From Rebecca billardiae RCC1528 (Eukaryota; Protista; Haptophyta), in assembly GCA_965240325.2 (NCBI GenBank), contig OZ251248.1:1036554-1100553 (forward strand): a stretch of DNA of 64,000 bases, read 5' to 3'. This document shows positions 11,108 through 21,404 of this stretch, one piece after another; within the stretch, counting starts at the first letter, position 1, and the number at the start of each line of letters is the position of its first letter. Under the pieces are notes generated by a model. That model was not told where the DNA came from. It saw nothing but the letters and a program-made list of their open reading frames with translations, and did not search any database. A program made the position numbers and the translations under genes.

Positions 11108-12698
11108 CGGTGGCGTCGCTCGGCCGGCGCGCGCCGTGCACGCGCGGGTCGTACTCCGCGCGCCACGCGCGCGGCGGCGCCGCCTCGGCGTGTCGCCTCG
11201 CCGCGCGCGCGCCGCCGCCACCGCCATCGTCGTCGTCGTCGTCGGCCGAGCTGCCGCCGTCGGCCGCGGCGGCGGCGGCGGCGGCGCGCGCTCGCTCGCG
11301 AGGCGGCGCGCGCGGCTCGGCGAGTAGCGCGCGCGAGTTGTGCGGCCGCGCGCCGTAGAGGCGCTCCGCCGCCCACGCGGCGAGCTCGGCCTCCGCGTCC
11401 TCCCGCCCCGCGCCGCCGCGCCGCCCGTCCGCCGCCGAGTCGGAGCGCGCGGTGAGCGGCGGCGGCGGCGGCTGCGGCTGCGCCGCGTGCGGCGTGTGGG
11501 GCGGCGGCGGCGGCAGTGGCGGCGGCGGCGGCAGTGGCGGCGGCGGCGGCGGGTCCTTGGCGCGGACCTGCCACTCGGCGGCGCGCTCGGCGCCGCCGGC
11601 CACCGCGGCCTGCCGGTCGCGCCGGATCCGCTCGCGCATCGCCGCCGCCGCCGCCGCCGACGTGCCGCCAGCGCCGCCGCCGGCGGCGCGCGCGGCGGCG
11701 GCGGCGGCGCCGCCGCCGCCAGCGCCGGCGGCGCGCGCGCCCGGCGGCGCGCCGGCCGGCGGCGCGGGCGGCGCCGCGGCGTCGACGGCGGCGCGCGCGT
11801 CGGCGAGCGCGCGCGCCGCGGCGGCGCGCACTGCGCTCGACGGGTCCGCCTGGCGCAGCGCCTGCAGCGCGCCGAGCAGCCTCCCCTGCTGCGCGGCGAG
11901 CACGCGCGCGTGACAGACCAGCGCGGTCGCGATCGCCTCCGCCGCCGCCTTCCGCGTGGTGAAGTCAGCGGCGGCGCACGCGGCGAGGAGCGGCGGGGCG
12001 AAGGAGGGCGCGTACGGGCGGGCGGCGGGGCCCGAGGCCTGCAGGAACGCGCCGCTCGCGCCGAGCAGCGCGGGCTGCGCGCCCAGCGTGCCGTTGTGCA
12101 GCAGACGGACCAGAACTGCATGGAGGCGCGCCGCGACGTCGTCGCCGAGCGGCCCGCACGCGCGCAGCGCGGCGGCGAGGCACGCGGCGGCGGTGGCCTG
12201 CTGCGCCTCGGCCTGCTCGGGGAGCAGCGCGAGCAGCGGCTTGAGGAAGTGCGCGGCCGACTCGACGTGCGGCAGCAGCGCGCACACGAGCTCGCCGACC
12301 GCGCGCGCGCACGCGTCGCGCAGCTCGCGGCCCGCACTCCCGTCGCGCACGTGCGCGAGGATGGCGGCGATGGCGCGCGGGAGGTGCGGGGCGAGCGCGG
12401 CGGGGTGGTGCGCCGCGAGCACGACGAGCAGCCGCACCGAGTCGCGCCGCGCGAGCTGCGCGTGGTGGCGGTTCGTCTTGGTGAGAACTTCGACAAAGAT
12501 TCCGAGCTCGTCCGGCGCCGCCGCCTCGGCGAGCGCGGCGAGCTCGGCGTACGCGACGGGCTGCGTGTCGCGGCCCTCGAGGCGGGAGAGCGCGGCGAGC
12601 AGGCGCGGGCGCAGCCCGCCGCCGACGCCGCTGCCGCCGCTCGCCGTCGACGCCGCCGAGGTGGGGCGCGACCGTTGCGGCGGGCCCGGGATGGCCAT
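8250..12698 (-). CDS. TORTIFOLIA1/SPIRAL2-like HEAT-repeat protein with a long Ala-rich coiled-coil C-terminus
   Basis: Likely ATG at 12698 (MAIPGPP). The segment LRPRLLAALSRLEGRDTQPVAYAEL...ARRDSVRLL...HLPRAIAAILAHVRD...LRDACARAVGEL...QQATAAACLA...DFTTRKAAAEAI parallels the plant TOR1/SPR2 N-terminal domain. Probable in-frame intron 8886-8719 containing a (CA)n tract. Confidence 0.7.
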
Positions 12699-12887
12699 CG
12701 TCCCTGCCGCCTGCCGTCGCGACTGCCCAGTGGCGGAAGTTGGAGAGCTGCGCCGGACCGCTGCCGGGAAAGGAGTCCGGGCGGCACCGGCACGGCTTTC
12801 AAACCCGTCCGCTTGGAGCCGAAACGGCGCGCAATACTTCGTCCCACCCCGATCCTCCTCGCGAGCAGCCGCGGGCGCGGACGGACG

Positions 12888-14484
12888 ATGGAGTCGAGCT
12901 GGGGCTGGACGCCGACGCGCAGGCCGGTGGAGCCGTCGATGAAGGACATCCTCGCCTTCGGCCCGCACGCGCACGCCGCCGCCGCCGACCCCGCCCACCC
13001 CGCCGCCGCGTGGCAGACCGAGACGCGCGCGCAATTTGCCTACGTGGCGGCGGGCGGGGCGCTCGTGCCCGTCGCGTACGCGGTGCCGTACGCGGTGCCG
13101 CACGCGGGGGCGTACGCTGGCGGCGTGCGCATGCACGACGGCGGCGCGTACGCCCACGCCGACTGGGCGGACTGGCAGCAGCAGCAGCAGCAGCAGCAGC
13201 GGCAGCAGCAGCAGGCGGCCGCGGCCGGCTCGCTCGACGGCCGCGCGACGAGACAGACGTTCGAGGGCGGCGCCGCCGAGGGCGGCGTGGGCACGCCGCG
13301 CGGCGGCGGCGCGCGCGCGCGCCCCGGCAGCGCGACCGCCCGCGGCACCGACGCGGGAGAGCCGACGCGGACGCCAGTCGCCGCCCTTGCGCGCGCGCAC
13401 TCGGACCAGGGGATCGCGCCGCGCGGCCGCGGCGGCGGCGGCGGGGGCGCGGCTCGCGGGCTCGGGCTGGACGGCTCGGGCGCGGCGTCCGAGCCCGAGG
13501 CCGACGGGCTGCGCCGCCGGCCGGCGTCCGCGCGCGACCTCACCGCCGCGCGCGCAGAGGCGGCGCGGCGCGCGCGCGCGTCGAGCGCCGCCTCCGCCGC
13601 CTCGCGGCTGAGCAATGCCGAGCGCCCGCCGTGGCGCGTGCCCGGCGTGGCGTCGAGCTGCCCCAGCGCGCGCCGGCGCGCCGCGCTCGCCGAGCTCGAG
13701 AACGTCAAGGTGCGCGCGCGCGCCCGCGCCGGCGCGTGCGCGCCGCCAGCGCTCACGCGCGCGCGCGCGCCTCCTCCGCCGCCGCCGCGCGCCACCGCGC
13801 GCGATGCGATGCGCCGCGCGCCGCACGCAGCTGGCGGCGGAGGAGGCGCGGCGCGCGTCGGCCAAGCGCGCGCCGCTCTCGCCCGCCAAGCGCGGCGCGC
13901 GGTTCGACTACGACTCGGTCGAGACCACCAGCCGCGAGATCGGCATCTCGCAGCGCGAGCTCGGCGCGAGCTCGCAGCCGCGCGAGATTGCGATCTCGGC
14001 GCGCGAGGCAGACGACGCCGCGCGCCGCGCCGCCGCCGCCGCCGGCCGCGCGACGGAGCGCGAGCGCGAGGGCGGCGCGGCGGCGGCGATGCGCGGTGGC
14101 GCGCAGGCGCATGCCGAGCAGCGGCGGGGCGCCGCCGCTGTGGCCGGCGGCTGGGTGGCGGCGGCGGGCGCCGACGCGGACGGCGCGCGCGCGCGCGGCG
14201 GCGCGCGCGCCGCCTGGCCCGCCGCCGCCACCGACGCGGCCGCGGCGAGTGGCGCCGGCCCGTTCGGCGCGGGCGGCGGCGGCGGCTCGCCGACCTCCGT
14301 CGCGTACCGCTACGCGCCCTTCGAGCCGCCGCCGCCGCAGCTCCTCGACCCGCGCAGCTACCGCGGCCTGCCGCCGCCCGCGCTGCATCAGATACCGGCA
14401 GCGGGCGTGCCCTCGCGCCGGGTGGACAACTTCGCGCCGCCCGACGAGGGGTGGGGCTGGGAGCACGCGGCGGGCGTGTACTGA
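12888..14484 (+). CDS. Hypothetical low-complexity protein (2 exons)
   Basis: ATG 12888 (MESSWGWTP), poly-Q tract. Intron 13710-13830 (AAG|GTGCGC..ACGCAG|CTG) joins two ORFs in frame; stop at 14484. Confidence 0.65.
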
Positions 14485-15058
14485 TTCGGCGCGCGGAACC
14501 CCCCGTTTCGCCGCCGGACCGGAGCAGCGGGGCATCGGGGGCGGCGGCGGGCGCGCTGGGCGTGGCTGGCGCTGCGCTGCCGCCCGATCCGGAGCAGGAC
14601 AGGCGGCGGCGGGGGCGGGCGGGTCCGGAGAACGGACCGTTGTGCCGGGCGCAGTGGAGCCCTTCGGCTGGACGAGTCGGCACCTGCGCGCGCGCCGTGC
14701 ACGTGAGCGCGGGCTACGCGCACAGCAGCCGCCCGGCTCGGCCGCTGGCGGTGGTGGCCGTGGACCGTCTGGGAGTGGCGTGGAACGGGACGCGATGCGG
14801 CCCGGATGGGCGGCGGCACTCAGTGCGTCACTCACTCTGTCTCTCGGGCGTGGGTCCGCGTCGCCACAGAATCGGTCAGTGACTCCGGCGTGTCGCGGGG
14901 CCACGGCGTGACGGTGATGACCCACTGACTGACTGAGCCGAGAGCCGGCTCTACAGCCAGCGAGTATGGTACCGCATGACGTTGGGCACCTGTGTCCGTG
15001 CGCATGATTGTGTCATTTGTGTCCGGTGTGTCGTTCACTTTTGAAGTTGTCGCTGCGG

Positions 15059-16564
15059 ATGGCGGACCCCCCTTGGCCCGACGATGGTGGCGAGGCGCGC
15101 CCGGGGGCGCGTCGGCTGCCCGACCTGCCGCCCGAGCTGGTCTCGCGGCTGTTGCTCCACCTCCACCGCGCGCGCGACCTGGCCGCCGCCAACGCCACGG
15201 CGCGCCTCTTCCGCGGCGCGCCCGGCGAGCGCTCGCCGGTCGAGCACGCGCTGCGTGAGCTGGCGCGCGCGCGCGGCCACGACCGCGCGCTGCCGCTGGC
15301 GCTGCCTGCGGGCGCGTGCACGTGGCGGGAGGAGCTGTTCGCGCGCGAGCGCGTGCTCGAGCTCGCGCACGCGCACTCGAGCGTCGTGGCTGCCAGCGGG
15401 CACGGCGAGGGCGCGTGCTTCAGCGCGTTTGTGGACGCGGAGGGCGGGCTGCACACGTGCGGCGAGGAGGAGGTGCGGGAGGAGGGCGGCTGGCCGACGG
15501 GCGACGTGCAGTCGCACGCGGCGACCAGCTCCGCAGGCCTGCTGCCAGTCGCAGTGCCGACGCGCGTCGCCTCGCTCTCCGCGGTGCGCGTGGTCGCGGT
15601 GGCCGCTGGCCGGGCGCACCTGCTCGCGCTGAGCGACGCCGGCGCCGTGTACGGCTGCGGCGACAACACCTGCGGCCAGCTGGGGCTGGGCGACAGGGAG
15701 GGCCGGCGTGTGCTCTCTCTCGCCGAGCCCCTGCCGCGCGAGATCGCCATATGCGTTGCCGCCGGCGGCATGCACAGCCTCGCGCTCAGCGCCGCGGGCT
15801 GCGCGTACAGCTGGGGCGACAACAGCTACGGCCAGCTCGGCCACGGCGACACGGCGGAGCGGTGGGCGCCGACGCGCATCGAGGCGCTGGACGGCGTGCG
15901 CATCGGCGGCGTGGCTGCGGGCGGTGACCACACGCTCCTGCTCTCCGCGCATGGCGCCGTCTCCTCGTGCGGTCTCGGCTTCTGGGGCCAGCTCGGCCAC
16001 GGCGACACGACGCAGCGCCTCACGCCGACGCGCGTCGAGGCGCTCGCGGCCGTGCGCGCCACGCACGTGAGCGCGGGCAGTACGCACAGCCTGGTGGTGG
16101 ACGCGGCGGGCGGGGTGCGCTCGTTCGGGCATGCGGGCCACGGGGGGCTGGGCTACGCGCGCCTGGCCTCGGAGACGCTGCCCGCGCGCATCGAGGCGCT
16201 GGCGGGCGTGCGCGCCGTGCGCGCGTGCGCCGGCTCCGCCAGCAGCGCGGTGCTGGGCGCGGACGGCAGCGCGCACGCGTGCGAGGACAACACGCACGGC
16301 CAGCTCGGGCTGGGGGCCGGAGGGACGGGCCACCTCGGCCCGGCACGCGTGAGCGCCCTCGCCCACGCGCGCGTGCTCGAGTGCGCGCTCTGCACCACCC
16401 ACGGCCTCTTCGTGACGGCGGACGGCGCGGTGCACGCGTGCGGCCTGCGGGTGGCCGCGCTCGGCCTGGGCGTGCGCCGCAGCCCGCAGCAAGGAGCGGC
16501 GGCGCGCACGACGCTGCGCCGAGTGACGCAGCTACCGCCCGTCTCGTGCCACACGCCCCGCTGA
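15059..16564 (+). CDS. F-box-like + RCC1-repeat protein (intronless)
   Basis: N-terminal LPDLPPELVSRLLLHL..DLAAANATARLFR is F-box-like. RCC1 blades such as VAAGGMHSLALSAAGCAYSWGDNSYGQLGHGD are repeated about 6 times. Confidence 0.85.
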   Translation: MADPPWPDDGGEARPGARRLPDLPPELVSRLLLHLHRARDLAAANATARLFRGAPGERSPVEHALRELARARGHDRALPLALPAGACTWREELFARERVLELAHAHSSVVAASGHGEGACFSAFVDAEGGLHTCGEEEVREEGGWPTGDVQSHAATSSAGLLPVAVPTRVASLSAVRVVAVAAGRAHLLALSDAGAVYGCGDNTCGQLGLGDREGRRVLSLAEPLPREIAICVAAGGMHSLALSAAGCAYSWGDNSYGQLGHGDTAERWAPTRIEALDGVRIGGVAAGGDHTLLLSAHGAVSSCGLGFWGQLGHGDTTQRLTPTRVEALAAVRATHVSAGSTHSLVVDAAGGVRSFGHAGHGGLGYARLASETLPARIEALAGVRAVRACAGSASSAVLGADGSAHACEDNTHGQLGLGAGGTGHLGPARVSALAHARVLECALCTTHGLFVTADGAVHACGLRVAALGLGVRRSPQQGAAARTTLRRVTQLPPVSCHTPR

Positions 16565-17092
16565 ATCAGCACGAGCGCGCTGTGCCACCGGTGCGCGCAT
16601 GCAGCGGAGCGGCGCCTCCAGCCGGCTCGTGATGGCTGCCGTGACGATTACTTCATCACGATGACATGCTACTGATATATATATGCGCATGCTGCGCATC
16701 GCGTCGCGTAGTCATCATGTACGTACGTGTCGCTCGCTCTGGCGGCTGGGCCTTCGGCGGCTGGGCCGCCGCCGCCCCGCTCCGAGTGACTGGCGGCGAC
16801 GGAGCAGAGACAAGTATGTAGCAGCAGAGATCACTGCCGAATCACTGCGCGGCGCGCCGTCGGCCGCGAGCCATCGTCATATCGCGTCAGTACGCGCGTA
16901 TACTGACGAGAGTCCGCCGCGTCCGCGGCATCACCGCGTAATGATAGATGATGACTGCGCCCTAGCAGGCTATGATGCGCACACATTCGTCTCGATCCGC
17001 ATCCGTCACTCCGTGGCCGTGCTGCTCGGTGCTGACCGCGCGCTGATGAGCGCAGTCTGAAGTCTGAGCGCGCGCGCTGGCCCGCCGCAGCC

Positions 17093-18442
17093 TCACGCGG
17101 TGAGCAGCAGCAGCGCGCCCGCGACGAGCAGCGCGCGCCACGCGCCGCTGTGCGCGCGCGCCGCCGCGGCGCCGCGCTGCGCCGCCAGCCGCCCCTCGTA
17201 GCCGCGCGAGCCGCCGCCGTCGGCAGCGGCCGCGCCGCCCGCGCGCCACGGCCAGCCCCACGGCGCGGCGGCGGGCGCGCAGCCGCGCGGGAGCGGGTCG
17301 GCGCGCTCGGCCGGGTGCGGCCACGGCGGCGCCGGCCCGGTGGCCTCGCCCGCCGCGCGGCTGCGGCGCCGGTGGGGCGGGGAGGGCGGCCGCGGCTCAC
17401 GCGGAGCGGCGCGCGCGCTCCGGCGGGCGCGGCGCGGCGCGGCGCGGCGCGCGCCCGCCCGCACGCCTACCCTTGTGCTGGCAGGGCGGGCGGCGCGCCC
17501 ACGGCTGCGCCGAGCGCGCCGAGCGCCGCGCCGAGCTGCGCCGCGCCGTACGCGCGCAGCTCGGGGTACGCCTCGCCGTGCGCCGCGACGAAGCCCGCCG
17601 CCGCCGCATGCAGATTCGCGCCGGGCGCCACGTCGAGGGTGCCGATCGGTCGGCCTGGCCGCGGCGGCGGGCGGCGGGCGGCGGGCGCGGCGCGCGCGGC
17701 GGCGTGGGCGGAGGCGTCAGAGGATGGCGCGCGGCGCGGCGAGGCGCGCGCCGACCGCGCGCGCCCGCCGCCGACCGCGCGCGCCGCGGCGCGCACCGTC
17801 CTCCGCCTCGAGCTGCAGCGAGGCGGCGCGCGGCGGCAGCGCGTCCGCGGCCGGCGGGAGCCGCAGCGTCGCGCGCAGCACGGCGGCGCGCTTGGGCGGC
17901 GCGGGCTGCGGCGGCGGCGGGTGCGGCGTGGGCGCGGCGGCGGCGCGGTCCATCTGGCGCGCGCGCTGGAGCAGGTCGCGCAGCCCGCTCACCACCGTCT
18001 CGTACGCGCCGCTCCCGGACTCCAGCCCGTGCTGCTCGCAGAAGCCGGCGGCGATTTGTTCGAGGTCGTCGCCTTCGCGCGCGCGGACGGACTCGGTGCG
18101 CGCCTCGCCGAGCTTGACGTTGAGCTGGACGAGGCTGGGGCCCGGCTGCGCGCCAGGGGGGGCGCCGTCGCCGTCGCCGTCGCTGTCCGGCGCGCTCAGC
18201 ACCGCCGCGCGCCCGCCCGCCGCCGCGCTCGGCGCCGCGCCGCGCCGCGCGGCCGGCTCGAGGAATTCGAGCGCGTCGGGCTCGGCGCGCTCGAGGAGGC
18301 CGCGGACGGCGGGGGAGAGGGTGGCGAGCTCGAGCGAGCGCGTGCGCTCGGGGAGGGCGCCGAGCGCGAGCCCGAGCACCGCGAGCGCGCGCCTCGCTCG
18401 GCGCGGGGGCGAGGACGCGAGCGGCGGCCGTCTCGACGCCAT
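17093..18442 (-). CDS. Hypothetical membrane/secreted protein (3 exons)
   Basis: Exons 18442-17797, 17654-17471 and 17360-17093 splice in frame with GT..CAG. N-terminal hydrophobic stretch (ALAVLGLALGAL) and C-terminal hydrophobic tail (WRALLVAGALLLLTA*). Confidence 0.55.
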
Positions 18443-18632
18443 CGGGAGGGGCGCTCACCGGACGCCACGGCGCATCCGGACTGCTTGCTGCCTTTGGCGC
18501 CAGCGAGGGCGCGAGGCGCTGTGCACCCACCAGGCGGCAAGCAAGATGGCGCCCCGCGCGCCGTCGTCGGCGTGAGCGGTGCGCCTGTGTGTTGCGTGCG
18601 CCGAGGGCGTCGGCGGCGGCGGCGTCGGCGCG

Positions 18633-18727
18633 ATGCGGCTTGGCTCGGGCTTCGTGCTCGGGCTGGGCGCCGGCCTGCTCACCGCGCTGCTCGTCCTCCT
18701 CTCCCTCGCCTCGCGCCTCGGCGGCGG

Positions 18728-18760
<33 letters not shown>

Positions 18761-20393
18761 CGGCGGCGGCGGCTCGCTGCTGGGCGCGCGGCTGCTCGCG
18801 AGCCGCGCGGCGGGCGGCGGGCTCGGCGAGATGAGCCGGGCGGCGTCCGAACCGCTGTGCATGAGCGCGCAGGGGCTGCGCGTCGTCGAGCCCGTCTGCG
18901 CGGGCTGCCCGCCGCGCGGGCTCGGCGGCGTGCTCAGCGCGGCGCACTGCTGCGCGCTCTGCGCCGCGCGGCCCGGCTGCACGAGCTGGTCGTGGCTCGG
19001 CGCGCAGCAGGCGTGCACGCTGCACGGCGGCGCGCTGCGCGCGCCGCCGCAGTTCGAGCTGCTCACCGACGCCAAGGCCGCGCTGCGCGAGGACGCGTAC
19101 GCCGGCGTGCGGCCTGCTGAGATCCCGCCCGGCGCCGCGCCCGCCGCGGCGCGGTGCGAGGCGGAGTACGAGCCGCGCGCGTGCCTGCCCGGCAGCTGGG
19201 GCGGCGAGGAGGCGGGGTTTGGCGGGTGCGAGCGCGTGCCCGGGCTCTGCGCCGACCTCGCGCCCATGTTCCGCGCGTGCACGTGGTGGAGCGCCGGGCG
19301 GCTCGTGCTGCGGCCGGCGGGCGGCGGCGGCGGCGGCGGCGGCGGCGCCGAGCCGCGCGGCCCGCCGCCCGCGGCGTGCGCGTACGCGGCGGGCGAGGTG
19401 GCGCGGCCGTGCGGCGCGTACTGCTGCTCGCCCACCGGGCTGCTCGGCGGCGTGGACGAGGCCGGCGTCTTCCGCCCCGCCGAGTGCGCGCTGCACGACT
19501 ACTCGCGCGCGGACGCGCTCGGCTGCCTGCGCGGACGCGTGCTGCTGTTCGTGGGCGACTCGATGATGCGGCAGCTCTTCATGCGGCTGGTGGCGTCGCT
19601 GCGCGGGCTCGGGCCGGTGGCGGAGCACTACTTCCACACGGACGCGCTGTACTGGCAGAGCGTCTCGGGCGAGGACGCCTTCGCCGTCGGCCCCTCCGTC
19701 GAGGCGCTCCTGCTGCGCGCCGCCGAGTCGGGCGCGCCGCCCCTCTCGCGCCTCACGCTCGCGTTCGTGTGGGCGGCGACGTACGACGAGATCGACGTGT
19801 CGCGGCTGATGCGGCTGGGCGGCCACGCGCTCGGCCACGGCGCGGGCGCGCCGCTGCTCGCCGCGCTCGTGCTCGGCCTCACGTACCACGAGCGCCACGC
19901 GCTGCGCGCCGCGGACAAGTTCGGTGCGCTCGGCGCGTGGCTCGGCTCTCAGCCGTCGCTGCAGCTGCTGTGGCTCAACACGCCCGAGCTGGACGCGGCC
20001 AAGTCGTACAAGTTCATCATGCACGGCCCGCCGCCGAACGACGAGTACCGCAAGCGGAACGAGGTGTTCCACGGCTGGGTCACGCAGGAGAACAAGCGGC
20101 TCGGCCGCACGCAGCTGCACTACGTCGACGTGGACGCGCTCGACCGCTCGCGCGCGTTCGCCAAGCTCGCCAAGGACGACATCCACTTCGGGTGCATCGT
20201 CGCGCCGCTGTACCCGCAGCAGCAGGCGCTGCTCAACACGCCGCCGAGCGCGCCCGAGAACGGCACGTGCGCCGGCGCGCTCAACGCCAACCTCGCGAGC
20301 CTCGTGCTCAACACGCTGTGCAACGGCGCGCCGCCCGAGCCGACGCCGCCGCGCGGCGCGGGCGAGGAGTGGGGCGGGCAGGTCGACGTCTGA
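18633..20393 (+). CDS. Type II membrane protein with a PAN/apple-like Cys module and an SGNH/PC-esterase-like domain
   Basis: N-terminal TM (GFVLGLGAGLLTALLVLLSLA); SAAHCCALCAARPGCTSWSW..C is PAN-like; CLRGRVLLFVGDSMMRQLF gives the GDS motif and DDIHFGC the DxxH motif. Confidence 0.7.
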
Positions 20394-20845
20394 GGACCCT
20401 CACCCTCACCCTCGCCCTCGCCCTCACCCTAACCTAGGGCGCGGGCAGGTCGACGCCTGAGGCTGCGAGTCTGGGGCGCGGCGGCCGCCGCCGTGTGCCG
20501 AGGCGAGGCTGTGTGCAGCCGCGCCGGCGCCCCGAGCCGCCGAGCATCGCCATCACACTCCCTGCTGATGCGCTGCTGATCGGCGCACGTGGCGCTGCTG
20601 TGTCCCGGGCCCGGCCGCCTGTCCGGCCGTCGTCATCATCGGCATCGAGGATGCATCGGCGCCCGCGCCGCATCGGCGGCGTCGGCGCCCGCCGCCGCTC
20701 GGCCGCACGGCGCTGGCGTCAGTGCGTCACGCAGCCGGCGGCGGCCAGTGGCGGGCCGTCAGGGCCCAGGGCGCACTGGGCAGGCTGCGAGGCCGACTCA
20801 GGCGCGCCGTCGCGCGCCGTTCTGGCGTTCGTCATTATATCGCGT

Positions 20846-20873
20846 CATTATTATTATATTATATTATTATTAT

Positions 20874-20918
<45 letters not shown>
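20846..20918. repeat. (TTA)/(TA)n microsatellite in a convergent intergenic region
   Basis: Direct observation of the run. Confidence 0.9.
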
Positions 20919-20919
<1 letters not shown>

Positions 20920-21150
20920 CGTCTGCGCTATACTCACCGTGAGCTCAGCCGGGCCGCGTCGCCGAGTGAGTGACCCGTCAAGTGTCACGACGATAATTTC
21001 GACGACGCGATATCGCAGCAGCGCGATGGCACTCATCAGTCATCATCGCTCATCGTCGTCGTCATCGTCCCTGGAAACTCATCAGTGACTCAGCCGCCGT
21101 CGACGAGTTCGTACTGTCTGCACGTACGATCGGTCACGCACGCGTGCGGC

Positions 21151-21222
21151 GCGCTCACGCGCTCACGCGCTCACGCGCTCACGCGCTCACGCGCTCACGC
21201 GCTCACGCGCTCACGCGCTCAC
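21151..21222. repeat. (GCGCTCAC)x9 tandem repeat
   Basis: Nine perfect 8-bp copies. Confidence 0.9.
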
Positions 21223-21303
21223 CCTGTGCGCGCGCCCAACAGCCAACCCGCAACCGGCGCTGCGCGCACGGCAACGTCTATACGCCTCGTACTGCACGAG
21301 GCG

Positions 21304-21306
21304 TCA

Positions 21307-21338
<32 letters not shown>

Positions 21339-21360
21339 TGGCCGTCGAGCCGAGCGAGAG

Positions 21361-21404
<44 letters not shown>

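Noticed and set aside
12699-13889. N-terminal 397 aa of the 1879-aa ORF
   Set aside because: It overlaps the divergent gene at 12888 on the opposite strand; family similarity begins only after the ATG at 12698.
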